Below, in pieces: positions 62,421 through 64,000 of a stretch of DNA of 64,000 bases (its first letter is position 1; the number at the start of each line of letters is the position of its first letter). The DNA lies in assembly GCA_963762145.1 (NCBI GenBank), contig CAVXJS010000019.1, forward strand, positions 32,001-96,000, written 5' to 3'. The DNA comes from an uncultured Candidatus Rokubacteria bacterium (GTDB taxonomy: Bacteria > Methylomirabilota > Methylomirabilia > Rokubacteriales > CSP1-6). The position numbers were made by a program, and so were the translations under genes. Below the pieces are notes generated by a model. The model ran no database searches. It was not told the origin of the DNA and was given only the letters and a program-made list of their open reading frames with translations.

Positions 62421-63325
62421 CAGCTCCGGCCGAGCTGCCGGGCGATGAAGTCGCGCACGAGGGCGACGCACCGGTCGGTATCCGGGCTCGCCTGCTGGGC
62501 GAAGCCGTGGCGCGCGTCCGGGAAGTGCGCGCGCTCGATCCGGCCGCCCGCGCCCTCGTACGCCTTCACGAACGCCTCGGTGATGGCGGCGGGGACATTG
62601 TCGTCCAGGTCCGGCTGGGCGACCCAGACCGGCGGCAGCGCGGTGGCCCGGCCGGCCCCGACCAGGCGGGTCACGCTCGCCGCCTCCATCGCGGCCTCGT
62701 CGGCGAAGAAGGCCCGGTGCGAGGCGATCAGCCGCTTGGCGTCGAAGCCCGAGGGCGGCGGCGGCTCGTGCTCGCGGGACAGCGCGTAGTGATAGCGGGC
62801 CAGCGGGTCCGCGACGGGATAGAGGGCCACCACGAAGGCCACCCGGGCGTCGCCCGCGGCCGGGTCCAGCGAGCCGTCGGGCCGCACGATCGGGGTGCCC
62901 GCGGCCTCGGGGGCGTCGGGTTTCACCGCGTGGAGCAGGGCGAGCTGACCACCGCTCGAGCTGCCGAGGAGCCCGATGCGCGCCGGGTCCACGTGCAGCC
63001 GCCCCGCGTGCGCGCGGGCGTAGCGGACGCCGGCCGCGACGTCGGCGCTCGCGATCGGAAACCGGTGGTCCGGAGCCTGGCGGAAATCGAGTGCGACCAC
63101 GACCAGCCCCGACGCGGCGAGGGCCCCGCACAGGATGGCGTCGCCGGTGCGGTCGGAGCGCGCCCACGCGCCGCCGTGCACGTAGACCACCGCGCCGAGC
63201 GGCCGGTCGGCGGCCACCCGGGGGCGATAGAGTCGGGCCAGCAGCTCCGCGCCTCCCGGCCGCGCGAAGGGCGTGTCGGTCTCGTCCACCTCGTACGGAC
63301 CGGCGGGATCGAAGCGAACGGCCAT
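62420..63325 (-). CDS. Alpha/beta hydrolase (HSL-like esterase)
   Basis: YVHGGAW, GSSSGG, HGF. Confidence 0.85.
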   Translation of the reverse strand: MAVRFDPAGPYEVDETDTPFARPGGAELLARLYRPRVAADRPLGAVVYVHGGAWARSDRTGDAILCGALAASGLVVVALDFRQAPDHRFPIASADVAAGVRYARAHAGRLHVDPARIGLLGSSSGGQLALLHAVKPDAPEAAGTPIVRPDGSLDPAAGDARVAFVVALYPVADPLARYHYALSREHEPPPPSGFDAKRLIASHRAFFADEAAMEAASVTRLVGAGRATALPPVWVAQPDLDDNVPAAITEAFVKAYEGAGGRIERAHFPDARHGFAQQASPDTDRCVALVRDFIARQLGRS

Positions 63326-63330
63326 GGAGG

Positions 63331-64000
63331 TCAGCCGAGCCGGGAGAGGTACTGGGCCACGAAGTCGGTGCCGACCAGCGCCACGTACGCGTCGCTGAGC
63401 CGCTTCGTGATGGGCCCGGGCACGCGGCCGTCCCCGATCTGCTGCCCGTTGACCGATCGCACGCCGCAGAGACACAGGCTCGTCGAGGTCAGGAACACCT
63501 CGTCGGCGGTCACCGCGTCGTAGACGTCGAGGTCGCGCTCCTCGCAGGGAATGCCGAGCTGCGCCGCCATCTCCATCGCGGTTCGCCGGCTCACCCCGGG
63601 CAGCACGTACTGCTCCCGCGGGGTGTAGACGCGGCCGCCGCGCACCACGAAGATGTTGCTGCCGACCCCCTCGCAGAGATTGCCGTGCTCGTCCAGCAGG
63701 ACCGACCACGCGTCGGGGCTCCCGCGCTTCACCTCGCGGTCGGCCAGGATGAGGTTGAGGTAGTTGTGGGTCTTGGCCCGCGGGCTCAGGATCGACGGCG
63801 GGGTGCGGCGGATCGACGGCACCGCCACGTCGATCCCGTCGCGGAAGAGAGCGGCGCGCTTGCGGAGGGGCAGCGGCGTGCAGTCCACGATCACCTGCGG
63901 GCCGGTGTGCGACCATCCCTCGTCGCCGATGGCGTCCACCCCCCGGCTGATCCGCTGGGCCACCCACCAGTCCCCCGCGGAGGCCCGCAGCGGCTCGTTG
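63331..64000 (-). CDS. Class IV aminotransferase (branched-chain/D-amino-acid/ADC lyase family), 5' end outside the window
   Basis: AKTHNYLN, EGVGSNIF, VLPGVSR, ADEVFLTST, VPGPIT. Confidence 0.9.
   Translation of the reverse strand, partial: NEPLRASAGDWWVAQRISRGVDAIGDEGWSHTGPQVIVDCTPLPLRKRAALFRDGIDVAVPSIRRTPPSILSPRAKTHNYLNLILADREVKRGSPDAWSVLLDEHGNLCEGVGSNIFVVRGGRVYTPREQYVLPGVSRRTAMEMAAQLGIPCEERDLDVYDAVTADEVFLTSTSLCLCGVRSVNGQQIGDGRVPGPITKRLSDAYVALVGTDFVAQYLSRLG

Overview
Very GC-rich (roughly 70% by eye) bacterial chromosomal segment. The gene content (many family-5 ABC solute-binding proteins, a zinc-ribbon/adenylate cyclase/AAA/TPR protein, amidases, a UGSC-type selenoprotein) suggests a soil Candidatus Rokubacteria (Methylomirabilota)-like organism; this taxonomy is inference only. 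Many genes between about 24.9-38.4 kb and 41.4-49 kb carry single-base frameshifts that look like long-read indel errors. No rRNA, tRNA, CRISPR or transposase was seen. Most of the window is transport and catabolic genes, a ~8.8 kb cyclic beta-1,2-glucan synthase, cspA and a MoxR/DUF58 operon. Highlights: (1) a full-length dnaA with no dnaN or oriC, sitting in a cassette of tiny unannotated genes whose layout (divergent beta-rich peptide / DNA-binding protein / Cys4 protein) is repeated about 11 kb away with an RHH-like gene in the dnaA position; (2) a hidden ~570 aa selenoprotein split by an in-frame UGA (UGTC motif) followed by a SECIS-like hairpin; (3) a complete leader-peptide attenuator upstream of a GIHH-type IleRS2; (4) a cspA leader with a uORF and premature terminator; (5) many leaderless or short-leader promoters.
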